This document shows positions 11,405 to 23,697 of a stretch of 64,000 nucleotides of DNA, piece by piece; position 1 is the stretch's first letter, and every line of letters starts with the position of its first letter. The notes below the pieces were generated by a model. It made no database searches. It worked only from the letters and a program-made list of their open reading frames with translations, and was not told the origin of the DNA. This DNA is from Alphaproteobacteria bacterium (lineage in GTDB: Bacteria; Pseudomonadota; Alphaproteobacteria; CAAHEQ01; UBA3637). The stretch spans positions 161,617 through 225,616 of the forward strand of contig JAGCVC010000020.1 in assembly GCA_017962565.1 (NCBI GenBank), read 5' to 3'. The position numbers were made by a program, and so were the translations under genes.

Positions 11405-12823
11405 ATGAAAAAAGTATTGCCGTTCACAAAAATAATTGCAACTTTAGGCCCGGCAACATCCACAAAAGAAAGAATTTTTGAATTAGCATCGGCCGGTGCG
11501 AACTTATTTCGATTAAACTTCAGTCATGGTGATAAAAAAATGCACGAAATGAATGTCAAACATATTCGTGCGGTTGAAAAAAAGTTGGGAATCCCCCTTG
11601 GAATTATTTGCGATATGCAAGGCCCAAAATTACGTGTAGGTTGCTTTAAAAACGGTTCGGTTACCTTGGAAAACGGGCAGAAATTCCGTTTAGATATGGA
11701 AAAAGCATTTGGTGATGAAACACGTGTTACATTACCTCATAAAGAAATTTTTGCAGCTTTGAAAAAAGGAACTTACCTGTTGTTAAATGATGGTTTAATC
11801 CGTTTACAAGTCACCAGTTTTGGAAAGGACTTTGCTGAAACAACTGTAATATCCGGAGGTGTTTTATCTGATCATAAAGGCGTTAATGTTCCGGGTGTCA
11901 CTTTACCGATTTCCGCATTAACAAGTAAAGATTTAAAAGATTTAAGGAGTGCAATAGATTTAAAAACAGATTGGATTGCCCTATCTTTTGTTCAACGTCC
12001 GGAAGATTTAATACAAGCGCGTAGAATTATCAAAAATAATGCAGCAATTATTACAAAAATTGAAAAACCGGCGGCACTAAATAATTTGGAAAAAGTTGTG
12101 GATCTATCCGATGCTGTTATGGTGGCTCGCGGAGATTTAGGTGTTGAATGTCCGATTGAAGATTTACCCTCTTTGCAAAAACATATTGTACAGATTTGCC
12201 GCAGCAAAGGAAAACCCGTTATTATTGCAACACAGATGTTGGAAAGTATGATACACAATCCAACTCCTACCCGTGCAGAAGTTTCAGATGTAGCAACCGC
12301 TGTTTATGATGGTGTGGATTGTGTAATGTTGTCCGGAGAAACAGCTGTCGGGGAATATCCGATTATGGCCGTATCAATGATGCGTAAAATCATTTTACAT
12401 ACAGAAGCAGATCCCGTTTATAAAAAATCAATGGATGTTATTTCTTTGCCACCGGATCACTTGATTGCATCGGCCATTACATCGACTATCCCAACTATGT
12501 CAAAAGTCTTAAATAAATTGACTTGCGTTGTGACTTATTCCCTTTCCGGATCAACTACTTTACGTGTAGCAAGAGCAAGAACAGGTACTTCCATTTTAAA
12601 TTTGACATGTGATGACCGTGTTATTCATCGATTGACCTTGGCTTGGGGAGTTTATTCTATCAAAACAAGGATGATAAAAGAATTAAATGATGTTACACCT
12701 ATTGCTTGCAAAGCTGTTTTGAAAAACGAAATGGGTGAAAAAGGTGATGAAATCATCATTACCGCCGGTATGCCACTAGCTGAAAAAGGCAATACAAACG
12801 TTCTTCATGTCGCTGTAATTTAA
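11405..12823 (+). CDS. pyk: Pyruvate kinase
   Basis: TKIIATLGPA, RLNFSHG, VMVARGDLGVE, ATQMLESM, VMLSGETA. Confidence 0.97.
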   Translation: MKKVLPFTKIIATLGPATSTKERIFELASAGANLFRLNFSHGDKKMHEMNVKHIRAVEKKLGIPLGIICDMQGPKLRVGCFKNGSVTLENGQKFRLDMEKAFGDETRVTLPHKEIFAALKKGTYLLLNDGLIRLQVTSFGKDFAETTVISGGVLSDHKGVNVPGVTLPISALTSKDLKDLRSAIDLKTDWIALSFVQRPEDLIQARRIIKNNAAIITKIEKPAALNNLEKVVDLSDAVMVARGDLGVECPIEDLPSLQKHIVQICRSKGKPVIIATQMLESMIHNPTPTRAEVSDVATAVYDGVDCVMLSGETAVGEYPIMAVSMMRKIILHTEADPVYKKSMDVISLPPDHLIASAITSTIPTMSKVLNKLTCVVTYSLSGSTTLRVARARTGTSILNLTCDDRVIHRLTLAWGVYSIKTRMIKELNDVTPIACKAVLKNEMGEKGDEIIITAGMPLAEKGNTNVLHVAVI

Positions 12824-12852
12824 TTGACTTTCCGCGGTTCACGTGATATAAT
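12824..12852 (+). promoter_or_regulatory. Sigma70-type promoter of the orphan gene at 12886
   Basis: TTGACT-17 nt-TATAAT with extended TGn. Confidence 0.7.
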
Positions 12853-12885
12853 ATAAGTGTGTATATACAAGAAATGGAGTGACTT

Positions 12886-14577
12886 GTGGAATCATATTAT
12901 AAAAAACATATTGATAAGTATACTCCCGTATTTGCTTCCTATGCTCAAGAAGGAAGTGAAAATTATATTCCGGTCATGAATGAAAGAAGATATCCTTCGG
13001 GAAAAAACATCCACATGGTCGATAATTATACTATTTTTCATGATACTCTTGTCTTAAAGGCCCAGATGAACGCACTTGGAAAAAAAACGACATATGATCA
13101 AGCATTGGCTATTATCATGATTAAATATATGAACAAGATAGGAAATACTCTGGCAAATATGAAGAATTTTTATACGCCATACATTGATAAATCTGCCAAA
13201 GGATTAAAAGAAGACAGCTCAGAGGAAGAAATAAAAAATAGAGAAAATATGCCAGACGAAGATCAAATAAAAAATCTAAAAGAAATGTATTGTGCCATAT
13301 TAAAGGAGAGCGGTAAAAAAGAAGAAAAAAATGACGATTTTCCTACTAATTTGAGTGATGCAAAGAAGAAAGTTCGTGACAAATTTGCTGAATTTATGTT
13401 TGAATTAACACAAAAAGTCGATTTATTTAATACAGATTGCAAGGGAAATTTGCCAGTTCAAATATTAAAAACCGGTTATAAAGAAAGCAATCCACTTAAA
13501 ACTTTTAACTTTAACTTCAAAGGATTGATTGGGACCACTTATCAGAAAAAAATAGAAGACTGGTGTAACCAACCTGAAAATAATATATGTGAAGTCTTAT
13601 TCTTAAAGGGCGCCTGGCATGAAATGACCCATTGCAGGCAAACAGATGACGAATATAAAACAGAAACTTTTGCATATTTAAAAATGTTGCAAAAATTCAA
13701 AGAACCTGCTTTGTTAGAAACAGGCTTTTTTGGACGTGCCAATGCTGCCATGGATAGAATAGAGGCGACACGTCACGATGTAAAGGAAAGAGGAAGAATT
13801 GAACAAGGTTCGCTTAATACTAACTGGACATATCAGATGATACCTCTATTGAATTATTTAAGAGATTATGCAAGAAATCACTTCCAGGACAGCAATTTTT
13901 TAAACATGTCTGATGCACAATTAATGGAAGAAGCTAAAAGGATTTCTAGAGATTCTTCTTTAAGGTATTCAAGAGAAACAGAGCTTGAATTCCGTAAAGC
14001 GTTAAATGTCGAATATAAAGACCTTGTCAATACACTTAAGAAAGAAGCAAAAAAAGATGGAGCTGTAAGGAGTATTTTACAAGATGCTATGACTTTCTAC
14101 AATTCCTATCGTTCTGGAAATAAATATCAGGATATTGATGAATTTTTAGATGATAAAAAGTACTTATTTGAAAATGAACATGAAGAAACTTCGAGAAGAG
14201 AAAATGAAACACCGTCTTTTTCCAGCAAATCAGAAGAAAAATTCTCTCTTTCTCAAAAAGATGTTTTGAATTACAATAAAATGTATAAAGAACTAAGAAA
14301 AATAAAACCTGATGCCTCTATAACTGACTTTTGCGAAATGATTATTGATAAAAACTTTGAAAAGAAGGCAGAAATAGAAGCTGCTTATAACGAAAACGGA
14401 TGTTTGTTTTTTGATGAAAAACGTTGCAAAGAAGACTCAGAAAAAATAAACAATATCTTAAATCATTGCCAACATGCCGATAAAATTGCATTACAAATAA
14501 TACAATTACAAGAAAAACAAAAAAAGCAAGTTCCTTTTCTTTCGACTTTTTCGAAAAAAGGAAATCCGTGTCCATAA
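12886..14577 (+). CDS. Orphan protein with HExxH zincin-like motif
   Basis: 563-aa ORF, GTG start after GGAG; WHEMTH followed by ETFA; no signal peptide. Confidence 0.65.
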   Translation: MESYYKKHIDKYTPVFASYAQEGSENYIPVMNERRYPSGKNIHMVDNYTIFHDTLVLKAQMNALGKKTTYDQALAIIMIKYMNKIGNTLANMKNFYTPYIDKSAKGLKEDSSEEEIKNRENMPDEDQIKNLKEMYCAILKESGKKEEKNDDFPTNLSDAKKKVRDKFAEFMFELTQKVDLFNTDCKGNLPVQILKTGYKESNPLKTFNFNFKGLIGTTYQKKIEDWCNQPENNICEVLFLKGAWHEMTHCRQTDDEYKTETFAYLKMLQKFKEPALLETGFFGRANAAMDRIEATRHDVKERGRIEQGSLNTNWTYQMIPLLNYLRDYARNHFQDSNFLNMSDAQLMEEAKRISRDSSLRYSRETELEFRKALNVEYKDLVNTLKKEAKKDGAVRSILQDAMTFYNSYRSGNKYQDIDEFLDDKKYLFENEHEETSRRENETPSFSSKSEEKFSLSQKDVLNYNKMYKELRKIKPDASITDFCEMIIDKNFEKKAEIEAAYNENGCLFFDEKRCKEDSEKINNILNHCQHADKIALQIIQLQEKQKKQVPFLSTFSKKGNPCP

Positions 14578-14659
14578 TAAAACTAATCAAAAATCAAATT
14601 TTGCAAAAAAGTGCTTGCAATATTTTTCAAAATCGTATATAAAGATTTTCATCTGACGT

Positions 14660-14735
14660 GCCCAGATAGCTCAGTCGGTAGAGCAGAAGACTGAAAATCT
14701 TCGTGTCGGTGGTTCGATTCCGCCTCTGGGCACCA
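14660..14735 (+). tRNA. tRNA-Phe(GAA)
   Basis: GCCCAGA acceptor stem, anticodon loop CTGAAAA, GGTTCGATTC T-loop, encoded CCA. Confidence 0.97.
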
Positions 14736-14741
14736 TTTTGG

Positions 14742-14766
14742 AAGCGTCCTTCACGGACGTTTTTTT
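14742..14766 (+). terminator. Intrinsic terminator after tRNA-Phe
   Basis: GCGTCC-TTCAC-GGACGT hairpin followed by a T-run. Confidence 0.6.
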
Positions 14767-14802
14767 GTGTGCTGGCACTCTTATCGGTAAAAGGAAAAAA
14801 TT

Positions 14803-15261
14803 ATGCCAACGGAAGAAGAACATAAAAAGTTTTTGCAAATGGCTATAGACGAAAGCCGTTTTTCCATTGAACACAAATCCTCTCCATTTGGTGCAGTTAT
14901 CGTTAAAGATGGAAAACTTATATCCAAAGCACACAATTCTGTTGTTTTCTCAAACGATGCTACGGCTCATGCAGAAGTAAATGCTATACGTATGGCTGGC
15001 AAAGTTTTACATACCTTTGATTTAACCGGTTGTATTTTATACAGTTCTTGTGAACCATGCCCGATGTGTTTGAATGCAGCAAAATGGGCAAATATTAAAG
15101 AAGTTTATTTTGCTGCAGACAGAGATGATGCCGACAAGATTGGCTTTCGGGACCTTGTTTTCTATAAAGGGGGGGATATCAAGGTAAAACACATTTCATT
15201 GATAGAAGCAGATAAAGTTATGCAAGAATGGTATCATTCGAAAGATAAGAAACCCTATTGA
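14803..15261 (+). CDS. Nucleoside/guanine deaminase (CDA fold)
   Basis: PFGAVIV, HAE, EPCPMC zinc motifs. Confidence 0.9.
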   Translation: MPTEEEHKKFLQMAIDESRFSIEHKSSPFGAVIVKDGKLISKAHNSVVFSNDATAHAEVNAIRMAGKVLHTFDLTGCILYSSCEPCPMCLNAAKWANIKEVYFAADRDDADKIGFRDLVFYKGGDIKVKHISLIEADKVMQEWYHSKDKKPY

Positions 15262-15262
15262 T

Positions 15263-15297
15263 AAAAAAAGCCCCTTTATTCAAGGGGCTCTTTTTTT
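15263..15297. terminator. Bidirectional terminator, copy 1 of the AAAAAAGCCCC..TTCAA..G family
   Basis: A-run, AGCCCCTT/AAGGGGCT stem, T-run, between convergent genes. Confidence 0.75.
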
Positions 15298-15305
15298 AAA
15301 TTCAA

Positions 15306-15848
15306 CTAAAATTCATAACGAAGCTTAGCCATTAAAATATGGCTGTAAAATTTACTTCTTGTGTTTGCACTCTTTGCAGAACGATTCGCTTGTAAATAAC
15401 GATATTCAAATGAACCTATAACAGGAATGACAAAAATTTCAGCATCAATACCCAGCATCAATTGCATAGGCATAACATTATCCTTTTCAAGTCGTCCATA
15501 ACCGATACCACCACCGACATATGGTGTTAACAACGGCAAAATAAACGGAATATCAACATAACCGTTTGCCATTATACCATCCATATTAACGTATCCCAAT
15601 CCTTTTTTGATCTTGGTACGATTATGGAAGTATTCACCTTCTATACGGATGATATCAATAAATGGTAAATCATATCCGACCGCAGCAGAATAAATCGCTG
15701 ATGTTTGATAGTCACCTTTTAAAAGATTCTTGGTTGTTGAACCGGTATTTTTTGCTATACCGGCAGCACCGGAAATATAAAACTCTGCATGAGCAGAACA
15801 AGCCAACAACACACCTAAAAAAGCAAAAATTAAAGTCTTTATCTTCAT
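15306..15848 (-). CDS. Small outer-membrane beta-barrel protein (OmpA-TM/Opa-like porin family)
   Basis: Signal peptide, RIEGEY, PYVGGGIGYG, EYRY, terminal LRYEF. Confidence 0.85.
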   Translation of the reverse strand: MKIKTLIFAFLGVLLACSAHAEFYISGAAGIAKNTGSTTKNLLKGDYQTSAIYSAAVGYDLPFIDIIRIEGEYFHNRTKIKKGLGYVNMDGIMANGYVDIPFILPLLTPYVGGGIGYGRLEKDNVMPMQLMLGIDAEIFVIPVIGSFEYRYLQANRSAKSANTRSKFYSHILMAKLRYEF

Positions 15849-15984
15849 TGTTTTTCCCCTTGAAAGTTTAAACTTCACACACAAGATAATTTATACAACC
15901 GAATCTGTACAGAATGCAAGCTTTTTTTGTCCATATCTTTAACATATTGGCAAACGACACCTTATTTTCAATCAAAATACCAAT

Positions 15985-16014
15985 AAAAAAGCCCCTTTTT
16001 TTCAAAGAGGCTTT
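15985..16014 (-). terminator. Terminator of the orphan gene at 16039-17382, family copy 2
   Basis: AAAAAAGCCCCTTT..AAAGAGGCTTT. Confidence 0.65.
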
Positions 16015-16038
16015 ATTTATAGCGTGTATAAAGATCTT

Positions 16039-17382
16039 TTAATAATCATCTTTACCTGGATTTCTCGGAGGAATCTGAGAAGAATTTTGCGGTTTAACCT
16101 GTGTTCCATTCTGTGCCCATGTTCTCTCTGAAGAATTAGCAGAAATTTCGGCAACATTAGTATTGGCACGATTAGGATCTATCCTTGACATTACCAACTC
16201 AAAATCTTCTTTTCCCCACCGAGGTGCTTTCTCATTGTTTATAGGTTTATAATTTCCATTACTCAGTTTTTTAAAATGTTGAGCAAAATTATTAGCTGCC
16301 AGTTCCGGATCGTTTCCTGCTTCCTGCAAGAATCTCTGCGCAATAAAGTTTACATAGTTTTCTTTTTCGCGGTTCTTATCCATGTCGCGACCTTCCGTAC
16401 CATCATAAACAAGTTTTGGAGAAGAAAACCGTTTCAACATTCCATCCATTCTTGCTTCATTATCTTTGCTAAGTTCAATAAAAACGCTTTGATCTCTGTT
16501 ATCACCGATATACGGCACACCCATTTGGGATATCTGAGAAACAGCCGAGTCAACCGAAGCATCCCCACTACCCGAATAATCAATATCTGCAGTTCCCGCC
16601 TTCAAAGCAGGATTTCCTTTTTCCAGAGCTTTTCCCATTTCTGGTGAAACTTTCCCGCTGATAATAGAATTTTCAATAGTAGTAGGCGTTGTAAAACTTT
16701 GCTTACCTATATTTTGTACAGCGTTCATCAATTTAGGACTATAGCAGGCTATCACAGCAGCGGCAATACAAAGTGTTGTCACTGTAGTGAGAACAGGATG
16801 TCTTCCAGGAAAACCCCAAAAAGTATTCCAAACATTTCTCACCGCACTCCCAAACCTATTTGCCCGCGTTTGACGTCGATAGGCAGTAAGTGCACCATGG
16901 GCATTTTGTGCAAACATCACTGCTGCTCGATTTTGAGCGTTCAGACCATCAGTCGTAGTGGTGTCCAAACCCCTAGTGGCATCCAAAAAACGGATATAAT
17001 CACCTGCTATACGGCGAATTAAACCATCTCTGTCTACACCTTGTGGATTGGCTCCAAAATTCCCGTTCGGTGGATACTCAAACCCCCCGAGTGTATCAGC
17101 AACATCTACCAACTGTTGTTGGACAGTAGTCAACGGCTGGCCACTATCACGTCTATTAGTTATTTCGGCGCGGATTCCATCTATATTAGCGACGGGTATC
17201 TCCCTCGTAAAATAAGGATGTCGCACAGCATGGGGATCCGCACTGTTTTCTGGATATTCTCTCATAACATTATAGTCATCTTGCGTATTCCAGTACTGAA
17301 AAGCACCTAAAATATCGGTAACTATTACATCCCGCCAATCTAGATTTGTGGTAACATTCGTTAGATTTACTCTTGTTGGCAT
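16039..17382 (-). CDS. Orphan protein with central TM segment and lysine-free N-terminal half
   Basis: 447-aa ORF, RBS GAAGGAG, hydrophobic stretch at about residues 197-214. Confidence 0.75.
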   Translation of the reverse strand: MPTRVNLTNVTTNLDWRDVIVTDILGAFQYWNTQDDYNVMREYPENSADPHAVRHPYFTREIPVANIDGIRAEITNRRDSGQPLTTVQQQLVDVADTLGGFEYPPNGNFGANPQGVDRDGLIRRIAGDYIRFLDATRGLDTTTTDGLNAQNRAAVMFAQNAHGALTAYRRQTRANRFGSAVRNVWNTFWGFPGRHPVLTTVTTLCIAAAVIACYSPKLMNAVQNIGKQSFTTPTTIENSIISGKVSPEMGKALEKGNPALKAGTADIDYSGSGDASVDSAVSQISQMGVPYIGDNRDQSVFIELSKDNEARMDGMLKRFSSPKLVYDGTEGRDMDKNREKENYVNFIAQRFLQEAGNDPELAANNFAQHFKKLSNGNYKPINNEKAPRWGKEDFELVMSRIDPNRANTNVAEISANSSERTWAQNGTQVKPQNSSQIPPRNPGKDDY

Positions 17383-17419
17383 TTTCTCTCTCCTTCAATT
17401 TTGATCAAAATATACATAC

Positions 17420-17448
17420 ATTATAACACATTTTTCTTTTTCTGTCAA
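17420..17448 (-). promoter_or_regulatory. Perfect-consensus sigma70 promoter
   Basis: Minus strand TTGACA-17 nt-TATAAT with extended TGn. Confidence 0.8.
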
Positions 17449-17465
17449 ATATTCCTTTTATTAGC

Positions 17466-17497
17466 AAAAAAGCCCCCTTTTTCAAGGGAGCCTTTTT
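17466..17497 (-). terminator. gyrB terminator, family copy 3
   Basis: AAAAAAGCCCCCTTTTTCAAGGGAGCCTTTTT just after the gyrB stop. Confidence 0.65.
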
Positions 17498-17515
17498 GTT
17501 TTTTCAATTTTTCCG

Positions 17516-19945
<2,430 letters not shown>

Positions 19946-19958
19946 TTACCCTTTCATT

Positions 19959-21119
19959 TTATGCAACTTTCGCCAACCGAACTGTTGCATTTTCTACATT
20001 AAAAAACTCTGCTTTTCCGGCCAACGTATTGAACGGTTCTGCATCCGTTCCCGTCATCCAAACTTGTGCCGGTAAATTATTTAATCTTTCCAATAAAGCG
20101 TCCCTGCGTTTTGCATCAAAATGAGCTGCCAATTCATCCAATAATAAAATCGGACATTGTCCTTTCTCTTGCATTTGAGCTTTTGTTTGAGCCAAAACAA
20201 TCGAATAAAGCAACGCTTTTTGTTCACCACTGGAACATAAAGAAGCATCCATTGCCTTTTGTGCATGCAAAACAGAAAAATCGGACGTGTGAACACCGCC
20301 GATTGAACCGCCGTCAGCAACCAAATGCCGTGAAGATTTTAATTTTTCACGATATTTATCTTCCACATCAATTGCCGCTAAATCGTTTAACCATTCTTCC
20401 ACCATGCCGGACAAACTGATAACCGCTGTCGGAAAACCGTCCACTTCCTTTGTTTTCAAAAAAGTTTGTAAACGTGCAACAATATCTCGTCTTGCCGCTG
20501 CAATAGCAACTGCACCAGCTGCAATTTGTTCTTCCAAAGCATTCAACCAACTGGGATCATGCCGCCCTTCATGTAACAAATTGTTCCATTGTTTCAAAGC
20601 ATACGAATAATCCGAGCAAACTGTTGCATGACCGGAATCAAACGCTTGAACCAACCGATCAAGAAAACGTCTGCGTGCAGCAGGATCTCCGCAAAACAAC
20701 CTGTCTTGCGCCGGTGTTATCCAAATAGCACTCAATACATTACCCAATTCGCTTTGTGTTTTGGCATTTTCCCCATCAATTCGGATCTGACGTCTTTCCA
20801 TTTTGTCCACTAACCCTGTACCGACTTGAACCAATCCATCTTGAGTCTGCACTTTTGCACTAATGGCCCAGGAAGTATCTTCTGAAACTGCGTCTAACAT
20901 TTGCATTTCTTCCGGTGTTTTTGTTGCTATATCAGACAAACGCGCCTGACGCAAGCCACGTCCCGGAACAAGAAATGAAATGGCTTCCAAAATATTCGTT
21001 TTTCCGGCACCATTTCCACCCGTTAAAACAACAGGCGGCAAGCCTGTCCCCATTATCAAGGACAAACTTTCATAGCATCTGAAATGGTGCAAACGAAGTT
21101 CTTGAATACCCAAACGCAT
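19959..21119 (-). CDS. recF: DNA replication/repair protein RecF
   Basis: GGNGAGKTNILEAIS, RRRFLDR, SSGEQK, LLLDE; dnaN-recF-gyrB order. Confidence 0.95.
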   Translation of the reverse strand: MRLGIQELRLHHFRCYESLSLIMGTGLPPVVLTGGNGAGKTNILEAISFLVPGRGLRQARLSDIATKTPEEMQMLDAVSEDTSWAISAKVQTQDGLVQVGTGLVDKMERRQIRIDGENAKTQSELGNVLSAIWITPAQDRLFCGDPAARRRFLDRLVQAFDSGHATVCSDYSYALKQWNNLLHEGRHDPSWLNALEEQIAAGAVAIAAARRDIVARLQTFLKTKEVDGFPTAVISLSGMVEEWLNDLAAIDVEDKYREKLKSSRHLVADGGSIGGVHTSDFSVLHAQKAMDASLCSSGEQKALLYSIVLAQTKAQMQEKGQCPILLLDELAAHFDAKRRDALLERLNNLPAQVWMTGTDAEPFNTLAGKAEFFNVENATVRLAKVA

Positions 21120-21130
21120 ATTTTATTCCA

Positions 21131-22255
21131 TTAAACACGCATTGGCATTAAAACATACAAAGCAGTTGTGTCATTAGCATCCTGTAATACAACCGGTGAC
21201 ATCGCATCACGGAAAGAAAAACGAACTGTTCCGCCTTTGATTTGAGCCAAAATATCCAACAAATAACGATAGTTGAAGCCGACTTCCAATGGTTCACCGT
21301 CATACCCGGCTTCCATTTCATCTTCAGCCATACCATCTTCCGTATTAGATGCTGTTACGGTTAAAACACCTTTCTTCAATTGCAACTTAATACCTCGAGA
21401 TTTTTCGAAAATAACAGCAACACGATCAACCAAAGTAATCAAACCGGCACTGTCCACTTCCAAGAACTTATCATTTCCTTCCGGAATAACACGTTCATAG
21501 ACGGGATAACTGCCATCAATTAAGCGAGAAGCCAATACGACATCCCCGAGTGAAAAACGAATTTGGTTTTGAGAAACGGAAACTTGAACGTTTTCATCAG
21601 TTTCGGCCAATAATTTTGTTAATTCGCCAATCGTTTTGCGTGGAACAATAACCGCTGGCATTCCCGAAAGGCCTTCCGGTGCTTCAATTTCAGCTGTTGC
21701 CAAACGATGTCCGTCCGTTGCAGCCACCTTCAACAAATGTTTATCGCCTTCTTTTTCGTGTATGTAAAGACCATTCAAATTATAATGTGTTTCTTCAGTT
21801 GAAGCTGCAAATTGTGTTCTTTCAATTAAATTTGCCAATGCAGCAGAAGGTAAAGAAAATGTAGAAGCTGCTTGCTCAACTTGCATTGTCGGAAAACCTT
21901 CCGCCGAAATTGTTGATAAAGCAAAGCGAGAACGACCGGATGTTACTTGCAATTGAGCCCCATCTCCGTCACATTCAAAATGGACATCAGATCCTTCCGG
22001 CAATTTTTTGACAATATCGTAAAGCTTGTGTGCTGAAACGGTCAGAGATGCAGCTTGTTCAATCTTAGCAGGAATCATATCAGAAACTTCGATTTCATTA
22101 TCGGTTGCACGCAAACGTAAAGCCCCCCCGTTATCCGGCGTTGTTTCCAACAATACATTGGAAAGAATTGGAATCGTTTGTCGGCGTTCAACTACACTTT
22201 GCACATGAGAAAGAGATTTCAGCAAAGCAGCACGTTCTATTGTCATTTTCATCAT
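21131..22255 (-). CDS. dnaN: DNA polymerase III beta clamp
   Basis: VVERRQTIPILSNV, ATDGHRL, terminal YVLMPMRV. Confidence 0.97.
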   Translation of the reverse strand: MMKMTIERAALLKSLSHVQSVVERRQTIPILSNVLLETTPDNGGALRLRATDNEIEVSDMIPAKIEQAASLTVSAHKLYDIVKKLPEGSDVHFECDGDGAQLQVTSGRSRFALSTISAEGFPTMQVEQAASTFSLPSAALANLIERTQFAASTEETHYNLNGLYIHEKEGDKHLLKVAATDGHRLATAEIEAPEGLSGMPAVIVPRKTIGELTKLLAETDENVQVSVSQNQIRFSLGDVVLASRLIDGSYPVYERVIPEGNDKFLEVDSAGLITLVDRVAVIFEKSRGIKLQLKKGVLTVTASNTEDGMAEDEMEAGYDGEPLEVGFNYRYLLDILAQIKGGTVRFSFRDAMSPVVLQDANDTTALYVLMPMRV

Positions 22256-22446
22256 TTTAATTTTTCCTTTTTTTGTTAAAAAATCCATAGAAAAGGCATA
22301 TTTTTTCTATATCTGGAGTCAGTATAGCAAATTTAATAAAAAAGGGTAGAAAAAAATGAAAAAAAAGCAAAAAAAATCTATATTTTTTACTTGACATTTT
22401 TGCGTTTTTTTTGCAAGAAAAATCTGTCTTTATTTTCAAACAGTTA

Positions 22447-23577
22447 TCAGTGAATACGTTCTTCTTGAGCAATCGAACGCATACGTGCCATTTTCAAAAC
22501 TTCTCGGATCTTTAACCGTTCAATTTGAACAGCTTCATTATAACGTTCTTTTTCATCCTGGAATCGAGCACGAATCTCATCCAATCTGGCACGTACTTCT
22601 GTCTTACGAATCATTTCGATGGCATAGTTAAACATATAACTTTGAATTGTTTTATCCACACTTTTTGTCAAGCTTAAAAAAATGTTGCTCATCACTTTAT
22701 CATTCTGACCAAACAAGCGTTGTCTGAAATGCCCGTACAAAATTCTTGCTGTGGGATCTTTAGGGTTCAATTCCATAGCTCTTCGATAGGCTTTATCTGC
22801 CAATCGCACATCATAAACGCCTAAAATCAAAGCCAAACTTAAGGACATTTGCGAAGCTTCTTTTCTGGCATAGTGTTGCAATAAAGAATCTTTTATAACA
22901 AACGCGGTTTTTTGTTGTCTCATCAATTCTTCTTTTAATAAACGAGCGGCCTTTTGCGGACGTCCTTCTCTCATATCTTTCAGAGCCTGAGAATAGCTCC
23001 GTTGTTCACGCGAATGCGGCTCCAAAATCTTACGAGCGGCCAAATCTCTAAAACTGCGAATAGCATCAATCAAAGGCACAATGTCAATCAAAGAATATTT
23101 TGACGGCAAAATTTTTAAAATTTCATTATTGGACATTCCCTGGCTCAACGCGCCCATAATTTGATAAAGCAAGTTGGATCCGATTGCCTGTTCCGACCTT
23201 TTCTTTATTTTATGCTTATCCCTTTTAACCTCACTAAACAACTTTGCAACTTCCAATAAAGCTCTTTTCTCATCAGCCTGTGCATAACGAGACCAAAAAT
23301 GCATACGCTTTTCATCCGCAAAATCGTTAAAGGATGCCCACATCCAATTTCGAATAGCACGAACAAGTATTTTTAACAAAACGGCTAACAGAGTTAAAGC
23401 AAATAAAATCAGTATGTAGCGGAACCAAACATTCATATTCTGAAACAGTATTTTTGATTTTTCTACGACACCGTCAAGCCACAGCAAAGGTTTTTCAAAG
23501 AAAGAAAAATCACTCAGCCAAATGCGTATCTTTTCATACCATGTCAGGTTCTCAATCATGTTCTCCAACCCTTCCAC
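22447..23577 (-). CDS. Hypothetical membrane-anchored helical protein (TPR-like)
   Basis: N-terminal TM; TPR-like ADKAYRRAMELNPKD; basic helical C-terminus. Confidence 0.6.
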   Translation of the reverse strand: MEGLENMIENLTWYEKIRIWLSDFSFFEKPLLWLDGVVEKSKILFQNMNVWFRYILILFALTLLAVLLKILVRAIRNWMWASFNDFADEKRMHFWSRYAQADEKRALLEVAKLFSEVKRDKHKIKKRSEQAIGSNLLYQIMGALSQGMSNNEILKILPSKYSLIDIVPLIDAIRSFRDLAARKILEPHSREQRSYSQALKDMREGRPQKAARLLKEELMRQQKTAFVIKDSLLQHYARKEASQMSLSLALILGVYDVRLADKAYRRAMELNPKDPTARILYGHFRQRLFGQNDKVMSNIFLSLTKSVDKTIQSYMFNYAIEMIRKTEVRARLDEIRARFQDEKERYNEAVQIERLKIREVLKMARMRSIAQEERIH

Positions 23578-23629
23578 GCTTACAGTATAAACCCAAAAAA
23601 AGAAATTTACCAGTAAAAAAATAAATTTC

Positions 23630-23645
23630 TTAAATCTTTATTAAC
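23630..23645 (+). promoter_or_regulatory. Possible CtrA-type site
   Basis: TTAA-N7-TTAAC in a divergent intergenic region; could arise by chance in AT-rich DNA. Confidence 0.3.
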
Positions 23646-23697
23646 AAAAAGGCAGGAAAATAAGGGGAAAATCGAATAGCAAAATAGGGGAAAAATC

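Noticed and set aside
14560-14577. C-terminal Cys (GNPCP) of the HExxH orphan as a prenylation signal
   Set aside because: Cys is second from the end, so it does not fit CaaX
14671-14934. ORF containing MVPRGGIEPPTRRFSVFCSTD
   Set aside because: Antisense translation of tRNA-Phe
22256-22660. AT-rich region upstream of dnaN plus one TTATCCACA (22652) as a possible oriC
   Set aside because: Only one DnaA box was noticed and it lies inside a coding region; there is no dnaA here, and dnaA is often unlinked from dnaN in Alphaproteobacteria
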